Notes under the pieces: generated by a model
What the model saw: only the letters and a program-made list of their open reading frames with translations
Database searches by the model: none
Told to the model about the DNA's origin: nothing
Made by a program: the position numbers and the translations under genes
Assembly (NCBI GenBank): GCA_039811685.1
Contig: JBDHZC010000008.1
Span: forward strand, 32,001-96,000
Reading direction: 5' to 3'
DNA: 64,000 nucleotides
Origin: Armatimonadota bacterium
GTDB lineage: Bacteria > Armatimonadota > UBA5829 > DSUL01
Part shown: in pieces, positions 38,401 through 47,238 of the stretch
How positions within the stretch are numbered: the stretch's first letter is position 1
Layout of the letters: every line of letters starts with the position of its first letter

Positions 38401-38472
38401 AGCGTTACACAAAAGGCTTGACGCGAGCGCCAGCCCGGGCAAAAGACACAAGAAAGGGCGAAACAAACGCAT
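35467..38472 (-). CDS. Secreted right-handed beta-helix repeat protein (two modules, each ending in a choice-of-anchor-Q-like motif) with a C-terminal putative tandem-OB domain
   Basis: GGAGG RBS before 38472; signal peptide; EVWVA N-caps; 10+5 GIxC..SSPxIxNNTISGN repeats; SPCxxAG..DMDGQxRI.G.HVDIGADE twice. Confidence 0.9.
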   Translation of the reverse strand: MRLFRPFLCLLPGLALASSLLCNAAGAAVIRVKWDSSTNGPGNTWSNAYQTVTAAIAASASGDEVWVAGDSAHPYLEKLTLKEGVGLYGGFAGTETSRSQRNWQANSTVLNGMGSGDVVTPPSGAAATTVLDGFTVRNGSRGIYCSSSSPIVANNTISGNGRGIYCANSASPTITNNTVSGNNDYGIYCTSSSPTITNNTISGNGTVTLGIIYGTNVYCYLSSPAIANNTISESRDGIVCAHASPAITNNSISGNWDRGIGCSSSSSPAIANNTIAGSGNGIKCEGSSTPGIANNTISGNRYGISCYTSSSPIIANNIISGNGRGIYCYNSASPAIANNTMSKNGYGVYCERSSSPAITNNIVAFNAQGIYNAPDSGTPTLNNNCVYNPGGVNYDGLSAGAGDINSDPKLQSVQYGRLHIQPDSPCVNAGTDSAVQSGWKDMDGQTRIQGAHVDIGADESNGAVWPEYQPVVVRVSPSGVDDAAHDGSSWSLAKRTVQAGIDAASAAGGEVWVAAGSYFEHVILRPYAYVYGGFAGVETNRGQRDRKTNRSFLDGSNTGYVVSSKGGYQASALDGFTVWDGDNGIYCDSSSPAIANNTISGNINYGINCDSSSPAITNNIISGNNYGVYCRVSSSPAIANNTITGNNKAGIYCDSSSPAITNNTIYGNAPGISCSNSSSTITNNIVAFNSTGVSRSGSGTPTLNSNCVYNPGKTDYSGLSAGAGDINVAPLFVDRVNGDFHLQSASPCIDAGLDSAVPTWLLTDMDGQPRISGLHVDIGADEYVLELPAANIPEARGRTDGAQVSLSGVIVTAVWPDAFYVEQVDRACGIRVEKTAHGLSAGQSATIAGTMATNSDGERYIAASSASGISGQALAALKMTARSLGGAASSDYSASAGTGQQGIKAGLGINNIGLLVRLTGKVTYVDPNGQYFTVSDGSTWHSSELLQDSDGHEGVRIFAPGLSLPTVGQFVTVTGASSCYKVGSDLYPMVRVRDAADIVKP
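36406..36723 (-). repeat. Intragenic tandem repeat block 2 (5 units, about 63-72 bp)
   Basis: Recurrent GATGGTGTTGTT...GATGGCCGGGGAGGAGGAG...CAGTAGATACC on the + strand. Confidence 0.85.
37375..38049 (-). repeat. Intragenic tandem repeat block 1 (10 units, mostly 63-69 bp)
   Basis: Recurrent GTTCCCCGAGATGGTGTTGTTGGCGAT..CGGGGAGGAGG; a 31-bp exact duplicate at 37489 and 37975. Confidence 0.9.
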
Positions 38473-38771
38473 AAAAATCCTCCCGCCGCTCTGTCGCGGC
38501 AGACTGCGGGGAACTGAGAAATCCCGATTCCGCATCTTCGTTTTTCCTCGGATACAGCGAACCGGGATGTGGTATGAACTCTGCGCTTGAACTAGCGCTG
38601 TCGTCATCCAACACACAAGCAGTAAACCCATGGTAACACGCGCATTTCATGGCGTGTCAAGACCAGAATCAGACCAATCGTGCGGCAGAAAACACTGACA
38701 GTATGTTTATCGGCGCAAATTGTTCTTTTTGAGATAGTGGCCGCTTGCGAAGACGGACCATGCGTTTCGTG

Positions 38772-39839
38772 TCAAGCCAGCCACTTGTCCCTGTGGGCCT
38801 GGACGAAGGTGTCATCGGTCAGGTGCGGGTAGGCGTGGCAGATACGGTCTATCTGCTGTAACTGTCCGGGGGAGAGGTGTTCGTCGGGGTCCAGCGTGAT
38901 GAGATTCTCAAGCAGCCCCTGGCGGCGGAGGATTTCGTGGATTCCGGGGATGCAGCCGTGAAAGCTGTTGGCGGCGTCAAAGATGCTGGAGTTGGCGTCG
39001 GTAAGCTGTGCGCCGAGGGTGAGCCATTTCTGGACGTGGAAATCCTCGTGGGTGACGCAGGCTTTGATCTGCTCCAGCAGCTCAACCGCGCGGTGAGTCC
39101 AGACTGCCCACTGCCCGAGCAGGCCGCCTGTAATCCGAAGAGACACAGACCGGCCGTTCACAGGGAACTCAAAGCGCGTCAGCAGATCGGGGATGATGTT
39201 GTCGTCGTTGCCTGTGTAGAGCGCAACGTCCGCTTCCCTCCCGCTATCCGCGACCGCGTGCAGCACATCCAGCGTCTGATAGCGGTTGAAGGGCGCGATC
39301 TTGATGGCGACGACGTTTTCGATCTGCGCGAAGCGACGCCAGAACTCATATCCCAGCAGCCGCCCGCCGACCGCCGGTTGCAGATAGAACCCGACAACAG
39401 GGAGAACCTGAGCGACTTCGCGGGCGTGCGCGATAAGCTCATCTACCGTGGCGTCTTGAAGCGCGGCAAGGCTGAGAAGGCCGGCATGGTAGCCGAGAGA
39501 CGCTGCCAGCCGCGCTTCCTGAAGCGCCTGCGCAGTCGCGCCGCAGACTCCCGCGATGAGAACGGGCGGATGAGGGCTTTGGCGGGCGGTTTCGGCGGCA
39601 AGCTCCAGAACGGGCTGCAGGAGTCCGATCTCGGGCTTGCGGATGGCAAACTGCGTGGTGTGGACACCAACGGCAATGCCACCCGCGCCAGCGGCCACAT
39701 AGTAGCGCGTCAACGCGCGCTGGCGGCGCTCATCCAGCTTGCGCTCAGAGGTCAGGGCGAGCGGATGCGCGGGGATGACGAGCCCGCTCCTTAGAAGACG
39801 GCGCAGATCGGTGAGACTTTGCGGTGAGGATGTAGTCAT
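38772..39839 (-). CDS. Dihydrodipicolinate synthase-family (class I aldolase/dehydratase-like) protein
   Basis: VIPAHPLAL, VGVHTTQF, FYLQPAVGG, AIKIAPFNRYQT (Schiff-base Lys), LYTGNDD. Confidence 0.88.
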   Translation of the reverse strand: MTTSSPQSLTDLRRLLRSGLVIPAHPLALTSERKLDERRQRALTRYYVAAGAGGIAVGVHTTQFAIRKPEIGLLQPVLELAAETARQSPHPPVLIAGVCGATAQALQEARLAASLGYHAGLLSLAALQDATVDELIAHAREVAQVLPVVGFYLQPAVGGRLLGYEFWRRFAQIENVVAIKIAPFNRYQTLDVLHAVADSGREADVALYTGNDDNIIPDLLTRFEFPVNGRSVSLRITGGLLGQWAVWTHRAVELLEQIKACVTHEDFHVQKWLTLGAQLTDANSSIFDAANSFHGCIPGIHEILRRQGLLENLITLDPDEHLSPGQLQQIDRICHAYPHLTDDTFVQAHRDKWLA

Positions 39840-40889
39840 CTAAAACCGTCCATCCCGCTGCTCGAAGTGCGTTGGCTTGTTGAGCGTGCGTCCACCGGAC
39901 TCTACCCAGTGCGCAATCCAGCGCATCATCTGCTCGATGGAGACCACTGGCGCTCCAAAGAGCGATGCGGCTTTGCCGGCGTTCAGAACGAGGGCATCCG
40001 GGGCCTCTTCGCCGGTGATGACGGGAGGGCGTCCGAGGAGCCTTCCGAACCCTTCCGCAGTCTCCCGGATGGAGATAATTGGCCCGGTGATGTTCAGGAC
40101 GGAAGGCGGAGTGGAGGCGTGCAGAAGCGAACGCAGACACCAGGCGTTGGCGTCACCCTGCCAGATGACGGCGGCGTGTCCCGTCGTCACGTCCACAGGA
40201 TCACCTGTCCAGACTTTCTGGGCGACGTCGGCGAGGACACCGTAGCGCAGGTCTATCGCATAGCTGATGCGCAAGAGAACCGCCGGCGTGGAGTTGATGT
40301 TCGAGAAGTGCTGAAAAATGCGTTCGCGCCCGAGACACGACTGGGCGTATTCTCCGACAGGGCCGACCGGACTGGTTTCCAGCGACCCGCCCGCGCTGAC
40401 AGGGCTGAGCGGATAGACATTTCCGGTGGAGAATACGGCGAAGCGGGAGTGAGGATAGCGTTCGGCGACGATGCCGGGAAGGTAGCAGTTCATAGCCCAG
40501 GTCAGCGATTCCGCGCCTGTTGAGCCGAACTTTCGCCCGGCCATAAAGACGATGTTTTCGGCTTCGGGCAGCTCGGCGTGGGCTTTTCTGTCCAGCAGAT
40601 CGGCTGCAACCGTCCTGATGCCCCACTCTTCCAGGCGGGCGCGAGATGAGGGGTCTGAGAAGCGCGCGACGACCGTGACGCCGCCCGGATGCCCGGCTTC
40701 CTGGAGCGCGCGCTGCGCCTGGCGAGCAAGTGTCGGTCCCATCTTCCCGGCGCCGCCAAGAATCAGAATATCGCCGTCCAGTTTGGATAAATCGTCAATG
40801 AGAGCAGGAGACGGCGTACTCAGAACGTCATCAAGCTGTTGTTCTGAGGTGATGGTTGATGGCGGTTCGAGAGAGACTTGCGATTTCAT
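39840..40889 (-). CDS. NAD-dependent epimerase/dehydratase-family protein
   Basis: LGGAGKMG, AGRKFG, FSTGNVY, YAQSCLGRE; AAGGA RBS before ATG 40889; stop abuts the next start. Confidence 0.88.
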   Translation of the reverse strand: MKSQVSLEPPSTITSEQQLDDVLSTPSPALIDDLSKLDGDILILGGAGKMGPTLARQAQRALQEAGHPGGVTVVARFSDPSSRARLEEWGIRTVAADLLDRKAHAELPEAENIVFMAGRKFGSTGAESLTWAMNCYLPGIVAERYPHSRFAVFSTGNVYPLSPVSAGGSLETSPVGPVGEYAQSCLGRERIFQHFSNINSTPAVLLRISYAIDLRYGVLADVAQKVWTGDPVDVTTGHAAVIWQGDANAWCLRSLLHASTPPSVLNITGPIISIRETAEGFGRLLGRPPVITGEEAPDALVLNAGKAASLFGAPVVSIEQMMRWIAHWVESGGRTLNKPTHFEQRDGRF

Positions 40890-41033
40890 ATATCCTTCAA
40901 AGCTTTCGAGAGAGCGCAAAGAGCGCGGAGTCTGGTCATGTCCGTCTGTGCCTCCTATAATAGCGGAGATCGGAGCTGCTTGCGAGACACTTTCGCTCGG
41001 AGAACCAGGAGATGCGACGGAGATGGAGGCTTG

Positions 41034-41867
41034 ATGAACAAAAGCCAGATAACGGCTGAATACGACATTACAGGCAGCCGCGACATTGGCTTCGACACCC
41101 ACCCCAGCGCCGCCCTTCAGTGCCTTGCTGGAGCGTTTCTGGCAAGGGACTCTCCTGTTTCCGTCTCCAACGGCTCTTCTCAAAAGGCGGCGCCGCCCGC
41201 CGAGTCGCCTAGAGGAGTGGCGGACCGCCTGGGCCAGCGTTTTCAGGCGTTCCGCACAGCGCTGGAAGGCTGGAAAAAGCTCTCCAAAAAACTGCTGACA
41301 GCCAAGCTGCCCAAAGATTTGCGCGGCCTTGCAAGATCCGTACAGAGCGCAAGGGATTCACTGGAGAAGGAGAGCCTGCAGATGGCAGTTGCTCTGCGCG
41401 AGACACACGATATTCTCACTGTGTGCGCAGCAGGGCTGAACGGTTGTCAGCCGGAAGATTTTCGTGTCCATCTGGGGTTGCCCTCCCCCGTTGTAGATGA
41501 ACATCTCGGGAAGGCACCCAAACTCTGGCAGGACGCACTTTTGCAGGCGAAGGCATTTGAACTGCCGCAGGACCCCGAAATCTCTGCGATAGCCGCGCGA
41601 GTAGAGTTCATTGCGGACGAAATGGTGGAGAGTCTCAAAGAGATTACACGCGAGGCGAAATGGCTGATGACGAATGAACCCTGCGAAGAGCGCGTTATCA
41701 GCTTGATGCAGTGGCTGTTTGATCTACGGTGCGAATGTCTGGAAATCGCGCCGGCGCTTGCGTGTCTCAAGACACCAGTGAATATCTGGCTCCTGTCCAC
41801 GCAAGCGCCGGGCAACGCCGCCGACACCAACGCCGGAAAAGCGCAGATGCGACAGCCGGGAGGCTGA
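41034..41867 (+). CDS. Hypothetical all-alpha protein
   Basis: 277-aa ORF with GGAGG RBS and upstream TATAAT (40956-40961); fills the gap between genes; no motif recognised. Confidence 0.6.
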   Translation: MNKSQITAEYDITGSRDIGFDTHPSAALQCLAGAFLARDSPVSVSNGSSQKAAPPAESPRGVADRLGQRFQAFRTALEGWKKLSKKLLTAKLPKDLRGLARSVQSARDSLEKESLQMAVALRETHDILTVCAAGLNGCQPEDFRVHLGLPSPVVDEHLGKAPKLWQDALLQAKAFELPQDPEISAIAARVEFIADEMVESLKEITREAKWLMTNEPCEERVISLMQWLFDLRCECLEIAPALACLKTPVNIWLLSTQAPGNAADTNAGKAQMRQPGG

Positions 41868-41878
41868 GGCCACGTAAC

Positions 41879-42307
41879 TCAGCCGTAAATGTAGTCGTTC
41901 AGATGCTTGATTGTAGTTTCAAGCTCCACCATCTCGCTCGCAAGGACGTCCCCGCTGGAGACAATGCCGACCAGGCCATCTTCCCCCACGACCGGAATAT
42001 GCCGGATTCTGCGCTGTGTCATCACCGCCTGACAGTGAGAAAGGCGGTCTGAGGGAGTCACAACCATGCAGGGGGCCGTCATTACGTCGGCGACGGATGT
42101 GGAAGCTGGGTCTTTCTTGGCAGCGACAATCCGCGTGAGGATGTCGCGCTCTGTGAAGATACCTACGACCTGATCGCCGTCTGTGACAACAACCGATCCA
42201 ATCCGCCGCTCGTTCATCAGTGTCGCTGCGTCCAGAACGGAGGCGTCCACACTGACACAGGCCACTTCGCTGCCCTTGTGAACAAGAACATCGCGCACAT
42301 GCTTCAT
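41879..42307 (-). CDS. CBS-pair domain protein
   Basis: VVGIFTERDIL, RIRHIPVV, LVGIVSSGD; AAGGAG RBS. Confidence 0.92.
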   Translation of the reverse strand: MKHVRDVLVHKGSEVACVSVDASVLDAATLMNERRIGSVVVTDGDQVVGIFTERDILTRIVAAKKDPASTSVADVMTAPCMVVTPSDRLSHCQAVMTQRRIRHIPVVGEDGLVGIVSSGDVLASEMVELETTIKHLNDYIYG

Positions 42308-42524
42308 ATCTGGCTCCTTTGCCTTTTTATCAACCACCGCGTAAGGCATCGGCGGTCAACTTAAGAAGCGTATCTCAAAGATACGCCAAGCGCTGTGTAC
42401 AGATAATTGTAGGCCTTATCGCGTTCTCATGCAAGCCATGGGCAAAAATGGGATTATTTTTCCAAATGGGCCCTGGCCGCAGAGGCGTAAGAAGGCGCAC
42501 TCGCGGACGAAACAGGTACGCCGA

Positions 42525-42560
42525 ATAAAAAACAGCCAGAGCTACAGGAGCTCTGGCTGT
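42525..42560 (-). terminator. Rho-independent terminator of the PEP-CTERM gene
   Basis: Perfect 12-bp stem ACAGCCAGAGCT/AGCTCTGGCTGT, 5-nt loop, followed by a T-run on the minus strand. Confidence 0.8.
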
Positions 42561-42588
42561 CACAGATGTCAATTGACAGTCATGGTGT

Positions 42589-43330
42589 TTACGCCCGGCG
42601 GCGCAACCTCGGAAAGAAAAGGCCACCCATTCCAACAAGCGCGCTCAGCTGGAAAAAGGTCGTCGGCTCAGGAACGACAGTGACACTGAAGTTGTCAAAA
42701 TACGCTGCAAACTGGCGATCTTTCTGCGAGGCGTCATTGTCGAATGTTCCGTACTTCAGGAACAGCGTAGCTGATGTACCGGGAGCTGTGAACTGATTGG
42801 TTACATGAATCCAGTCGAAACTGAGCCCTTGCGCCGGCAAATTCGGGTCGCCGGGCTTAGCTATGTTTCCGACGTAGCTCAGAGCGTTTGCATAATTGTT
42901 ATTCTTAGCAAGGTCATAGCCGCCGTCGCATATTCCAACCTCCCACCAGCCTGTGCCAGCCAGCGTGTTAGTCCCAGTCGGTGCGATTCCTCCGGCGTAG
43001 TATCCTGAAATGTCATATGTGGTGTTAGGGGTTGTAGCGAACGTGTGATAGATCCAGTGGGACGCGTGGGCTATAACAGTACCTGAAAAAATAGGCAACC
43101 TTCGAGCCACCGGGAATGCCAGTTGGAGGAAACAGAGCGCTAACGGGAAGGCTACCGGCTTCTACTACACCAATAACACCGTTGGACCAGCCGCCGTGGT
43201 TTGTTGACCATCCTGCCGGTGGTTTGATACCAGTGTCGGCTTCGAAACTGCCGTTAGTCAGCAGGTTCGCATGAGCGCTGGTAGCCAGTAAAGTCGCAAG
43301 CCCGAACGCCGCGATAAGTTTTTTCATCAT
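42589..43330 (-). pseudogene. PEP-CTERM surface protein split by a frameshift in a T6 run (43086-43091)
   Basis: 5' ORF: signal peptide MKKLIAAFGL..AHA NLLTNGSFE; 3' ORF ends YFDNFSVTVVPEPTTFFQLSALVGMGGLFFPRLRRRA. Removing one T joins them as ...KVAYF-SGTVIAH... Confidence 0.8.
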
Positions 43331-43729
43331 AGCTCCTTCGTATTCCCCCCTTCAGAGAGCGGCTTTCGTCTCCGCGAGCGTGCAGCAGATGATCAATCTT
43401 GGCACGCACACTTGAGGCGATTATTGCGCATTGGGAAAGAGAGGGCTCTCACACCAGTTAGTGCCAGCAATCTGCGTGGAACTCTCAGCGAGGTTACTGT
43501 GCTTGTACCGGCATGGCCTTCTGTCAGGTCCATTAGAACAAGACAGGTGAGAATTGTTAAGAAAGTTTGCTCCAGATTTCGTTGCTGCAAAGCAAAAACT
43601 GGCAAATGTACGGATACAAGGTTAGCACCTTGTGGCGAAGCGGCACTGTCGTCGGATAAATACACGATCCGGCAGGAGTTCTGACGTGGCTGAGGGGAAC
43701 AAAAAGGGCAAAAAGGAGCGGACACGCAG

Positions 43730-44539
43730 GTGAAAGTTTTCATAATGAGTGACATGGAAGGCATCTCCGGCATCATGCGCTGGAGTCAGGTGAACGGCGG
43801 AGAGCCTCTCTACGAAGAAGGACGGCGTCTTTACACTGAAGAGATCAACGCGGCTGTGCGGGGCGCAAAAGCAGCGGGAGCGACAGAGATTGTGGTCATG
43901 GACTGTCATGGGGCCGGTGGTGACTGGAGCTTCAATAGCCTGATTCCAGAGTTGCTTGACGCGGACTGTGAGTTCGTTGTGCAGCGGGAGTGGACGGAGT
44001 ATCGAGACTTCTTGAAGGAAGGCTGTGACGCCTGTCTTTTGATCGGTATGCATGCGATGGCGGGCGCTGCGGGTGGCGTGCTGTCTCACACCGTGTCCAG
44101 CCAGCGGTGGCAGAATCTCTGGTTCAATGACAGATTAGTCGGCGAAGTCGGGATCAACGCGTCTTTCTGTGGCTCGTTCGGCTGCCCGGTAGCGCTGGTT
44201 ACTGGCGACACACAGGTCTGCGAAGAGTCCGCGGAGCTTCTGGGAGCGGGACTGACAACGGTAGCAGTCAAGTGCGGACTTGGCCGCCAGAGCGCCCGCA
44301 ATATTGCACCGGCCCGTGTGCGCGTGCTTATCGAAGCGGCGGCTCACAAAGCTCTAAAGAATGTGAAGGGTGTAAAACCGTTCAATCCTGGAGAGCCAGC
44401 GGAAATCAAGGTGGAGTTTATGACAACGGAAGCGGCAGTTCCGTTCGCTCGCAAGCACGGCGTTGAATCTATCAATCCACGGCTGGTTGTCTCCCGCGCA
44501 AAAACCTGGCTGGAGGCATGGGATCAGCTCTACTTCTGA
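43730..44539 (+). CDS. M55-family (DppA-like) D-aminopeptidase
   Basis: SDMEGISG, MDCHG, IGMHA, LSHT, LVTGD. Confidence 0.92.
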   Translation: MKVFIMSDMEGISGIMRWSQVNGGEPLYEEGRRLYTEEINAAVRGAKAAGATEIVVMDCHGAGGDWSFNSLIPELLDADCEFVVQREWTEYRDFLKEGCDACLLIGMHAMAGAAGGVLSHTVSSQRWQNLWFNDRLVGEVGINASFCGSFGCPVALVTGDTQVCEESAELLGAGLTTVAVKCGLGRQSARNIAPARVRVLIEAAAHKALKNVKGVKPFNPGEPAEIKVEFMTTEAAVPFARKHGVESINPRLVVSRAKTWLEAWDQLYF

Positions 44540-44581
44540 AAACAGTAGCCGAGACACACCGCCCGCGTTGACCGGGAATTC

Positions 44582-45052
44582 TCAGCCTTCGCGGGCAATT
44601 TCCCAGGCGTCCTGACCGCTTTCCTGAGCGGCCATTTCCCGAATTCGCCTCAGATGCCGCCCCCCGTCAAACTCGGTTGACAACCAGATGCGGACGATTT
44701 CCAGAGCTGTATCCTGCTCAATCAGCCGCTGTCCAAGCGAAAGACAGTTGGCGTCGTTGTGCTGTCTGGCGAGGCGGGCGGCCTCGATATTCCAGCACAG
44801 CGCGCAGCGTACACCCTTGACCTTGTTGGCGACCATGGCTTCCCCGTTTCCGGAGCCTCCGAAAACAACAGCGCGCTCACATTCGCCCTTCGCGACGGCT
44901 TCCGCAGCAGGGCGCACGTACAGTGGATAATCCGTAGATTCTTCACTGTGTGTCCCGAAGTCCACAGGCTCGTGGCCAAGCTCCACAAGCAGCGCTTTCA
45001 CCAGCTCCTTGTAACGGTAGCCCGCATGGTCTGAGCCGAGAGCGATTTTCAC
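44582..45052 (-). CDS. rpiB: Ribose-5-phosphate isomerase B
   Basis: GSDHAG, DYP, GGSGNGE (Glu-type active site), ANKVKGVRCA, HNDAN, GGRH.RRI. Confidence 0.95.
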   Translation of the reverse strand: MKIALGSDHAGYRYKELVKALLVELGHEPVDFGTHSEESTDYPLYVRPAAEAVAKGECERAVVFGGSGNGEAMVANKVKGVRCALCWNIEAARLARQHNDANCLSLGQRLIEQDTALEIVRIWLSTEFDGGRHLRRIREMAAQESGQDAWEIAREG

Positions 45053-45067
45053 AGCCTGTCCTCCTGA

Positions 45068-46501
45068 CTACGCGGCGCCAACCGGCTCTTCCTCCAGCCA
45101 CTCCGTGTGGAAGATGCCCTCCTTGTCCACGCGTTTGTAGGTGTGGGCGCCAAAGAAGTCCCGTTGCGCCTGGATCAGATTGGCTGAAAGCCGGGCTCGC
45201 CTGTAAGAATCGAAGTACGCCAGAGCGGAACTGAACGCCGGTACCGGAATGCCCAGCCGCGTCGCTTCGCTGATAACCAGCCGCCAGTTGTCCTGCCGCG
45301 ACTCAATGCTCTCCCGAAAATACGGAGCCAGCAAGAGATTTGCCAGGTCTTTCTGCTGATCGTAGGCTTCCTTGATACGATCCAGGAAGCGAGCGCGGAT
45401 GATGCACCCACCGCGCCACATAAGCGCGATCTCTCCGAAGTTGAGCTCCCAGTCGAACTCTTTGCGCGCTTCGTTCATCAGCGCAAAGCCCTGCGCGTAG
45501 GAACAGATCTTGGAGGCATAGAGCGCATCCCGGATGGCCTCAATGAAGCTCTCCCTGTCGCCCTGATATTTGTCATCCGGTCCGCGAAGAACTTTTGAAG
45601 CCGCCACTCGCTCTTCTTTGACGGCAGAGATGCAGCGGGCAAATACGGCTTCGGTGATGGTGGGAATAGAAATCCCCAGGTCCAGCGCAATCTGAGAAGT
45701 CCACTTACCCGTGCCTTTCTGACCCGCGGAGTCAAGAATGACGTCCACCATGGGCTTTCCAGTGTCTGGATCTCGCTTGGCGAAGATGCGAGCGGTGATG
45801 TCGATGAGGTAGCTGTCCAGCTCTCCGGCATTCCACTCCGAGAAAATGCTGTGAAGTTCATCCGCTTCCAGACCCAGGGCGTTTGCGAGGATGTAGTAGG
45901 CTTCGCAGATAAGCTGCATGTCCCCATACTCTATGCCGTTGTGAACCATCTTCACGAAATGACCGGCGCCGTCCCGCCCCACCCACTCACAGCAGGCGAC
46001 ACCGCCCTCGACCTTTGCGGCGATCGCCTGCAGAATCGGCTTGACAGATGGCCAGGCATCCGGGGAGCCTCCCGGCATAATGCTGGGGCCGAAGCGCGCG
46101 CCCTCTTCCCCGCCGGAGACTCCGGTGCCAATGAAGCGAAGCCCTCTAGCCTCCAGCTCCTTCGTGCGCCGGATTGTATCCTTGAAGTAAGAGTTGCCAC
46201 CGTCAATGATGATGTCTCCTGGTTCAAGGTGCGGGATGAGCTGCGCGATAAAATCATCTACAGGCGGTCCGGCTTTCACCATCAGCATGACCTTGCGAGG
46301 ACGCTCCAGCAGACCGACAAACTCCTCCAGGCTGTGGGCGCCAACAATGTCTCGCCCTTTTGCCCCGCCCGCAAGAAAGTCGTTGACTTTGTGCACTGTG
46401 CGGTTGTACACAGCGACTTTGTAGCCGTGATCGGACATGTTGAGAACCAGGTTCTCACCCATAACCGCCAGCCCAATCAAACCGATATTCGCATCACCCA
46501 T
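45068..46501 (-). CDS. gnd: 6-phosphogluconate dehydrogenase, NADP-dependent, decarboxylating
   Basis: [43 protein letters not shown]. Confidence 0.97.
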   Translation of the reverse strand: MGDANIGLIGLAVMGENLVLNMSDHGYKVAVYNRTVHKVNDFLAGGAKGRDIVGAHSLEEFVGLLERPRKVMLMVKAGPPVDDFIAQLIPHLEPGDIIIDGGNSYFKDTIRRTKELEARGLRFIGTGVSGGEEGARFGPSIMPGGSPDAWPSVKPILQAIAAKVEGGVACCEWVGRDGAGHFVKMVHNGIEYGDMQLICEAYYILANALGLEADELHSIFSEWNAGELDSYLIDITARIFAKRDPDTGKPMVDVILDSAGQKGTGKWTSQIALDLGISIPTITEAVFARCISAVKEERVAASKVLRGPDDKYQGDRESFIEAIRDALYASKICSYAQGFALMNEARKEFDWELNFGEIALMWRGGCIIRARFLDRIKEAYDQQKDLANLLLAPYFRESIESRQDNWRLVISEATRLGIPVPAFSSALAYFDSYRRARLSANLIQAQRDFFGAHTYKRVDKEGIFHTEWLEEEPVGAA

Positions 46502-46828
46502 ACTCAGAATCCCTCTCGCGCAGATAGCCTATTGACGTGTGTATTATAGCCGCGGTTGTCCCGTGCTGGTCCGTTTGATCCGTACACTGCAGCGCTTTGC
46601 GCCGTCAAGGTAACTTACCCGTTCCGGACAACGCCCGTGACGGGAGGGCGCGAAAAGCCCGAGGGAATATGAGACCAATCAGGGTGATTGTGTTGTCAGG
46701 GCTGTGGGTAAAGACGACCTGTGCAGGCAGCCTGGATTTCACGGTGACAACAGCTTCTTTGCAGGAATGAGGCCGCGATACTGCACACAGGCCTGACACC
46801 GTTTGCGCTCTTAGAAAGCAGGTTGAGC

Positions 46829-47101
46829 ATGGCTCAGAACAGACCTTGCGAGCATCTCGCTGCAGTGAAGCAAATCCTGCATCCCCGGGAACTCGTGTGT
46901 GAAGAGTGTGTCAAAATTGGCAGCAGTTGGGTGCATTTGCGCACCTGCCAGACGTGCGGTGCGACCCTGTGCTGCGACTCGTCCCCCAATCGCCACGCGA
47001 GCGCTCACGCGCACGCAAGCGGCCATCCGGTCATTGCCTCAGCCGAGCCGGGAGAGCGCTGGCTTTACTGCTTTCCGGATGAGCAGACAGTCCCGTACTG
47101 A
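46829..47101 (+). CDS. Stand-alone UBP-type zinc-finger protein
   Basis: CEH..CEEC..WVHLRTCQTCG..CCDSSPNRHASAH..H..EPGERWLYC. Confidence 0.9.
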   Translation: MAQNRPCEHLAAVKQILHPRELVCEECVKIGSSWVHLRTCQTCGATLCCDSSPNRHASAHAHASGHPVIASAEPGERWLYCFPDEQTVPY

Positions 47102-47238
47102 CAGACGAAAGCCTTCCTCCAGCGCTCTTGCCGCTGTGCCCGTGTTCTGGCTGTGGGCCGAAATGACGCTCCGGGCAGGAGTCCGCAAGCCCCGTTACTA
47201 AGAGTCTTGTAGTCTTGGAAGACTGAAAGGCTCAACTC

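Noticed and set aside
43399..43416. Sigma-54-like TTGGCACG near the PEP-CTERM gene
   Set aside because: The -12 element is mis-spaced and lacks GC, and the orientation is opposite to the PEP-CTERM gene.
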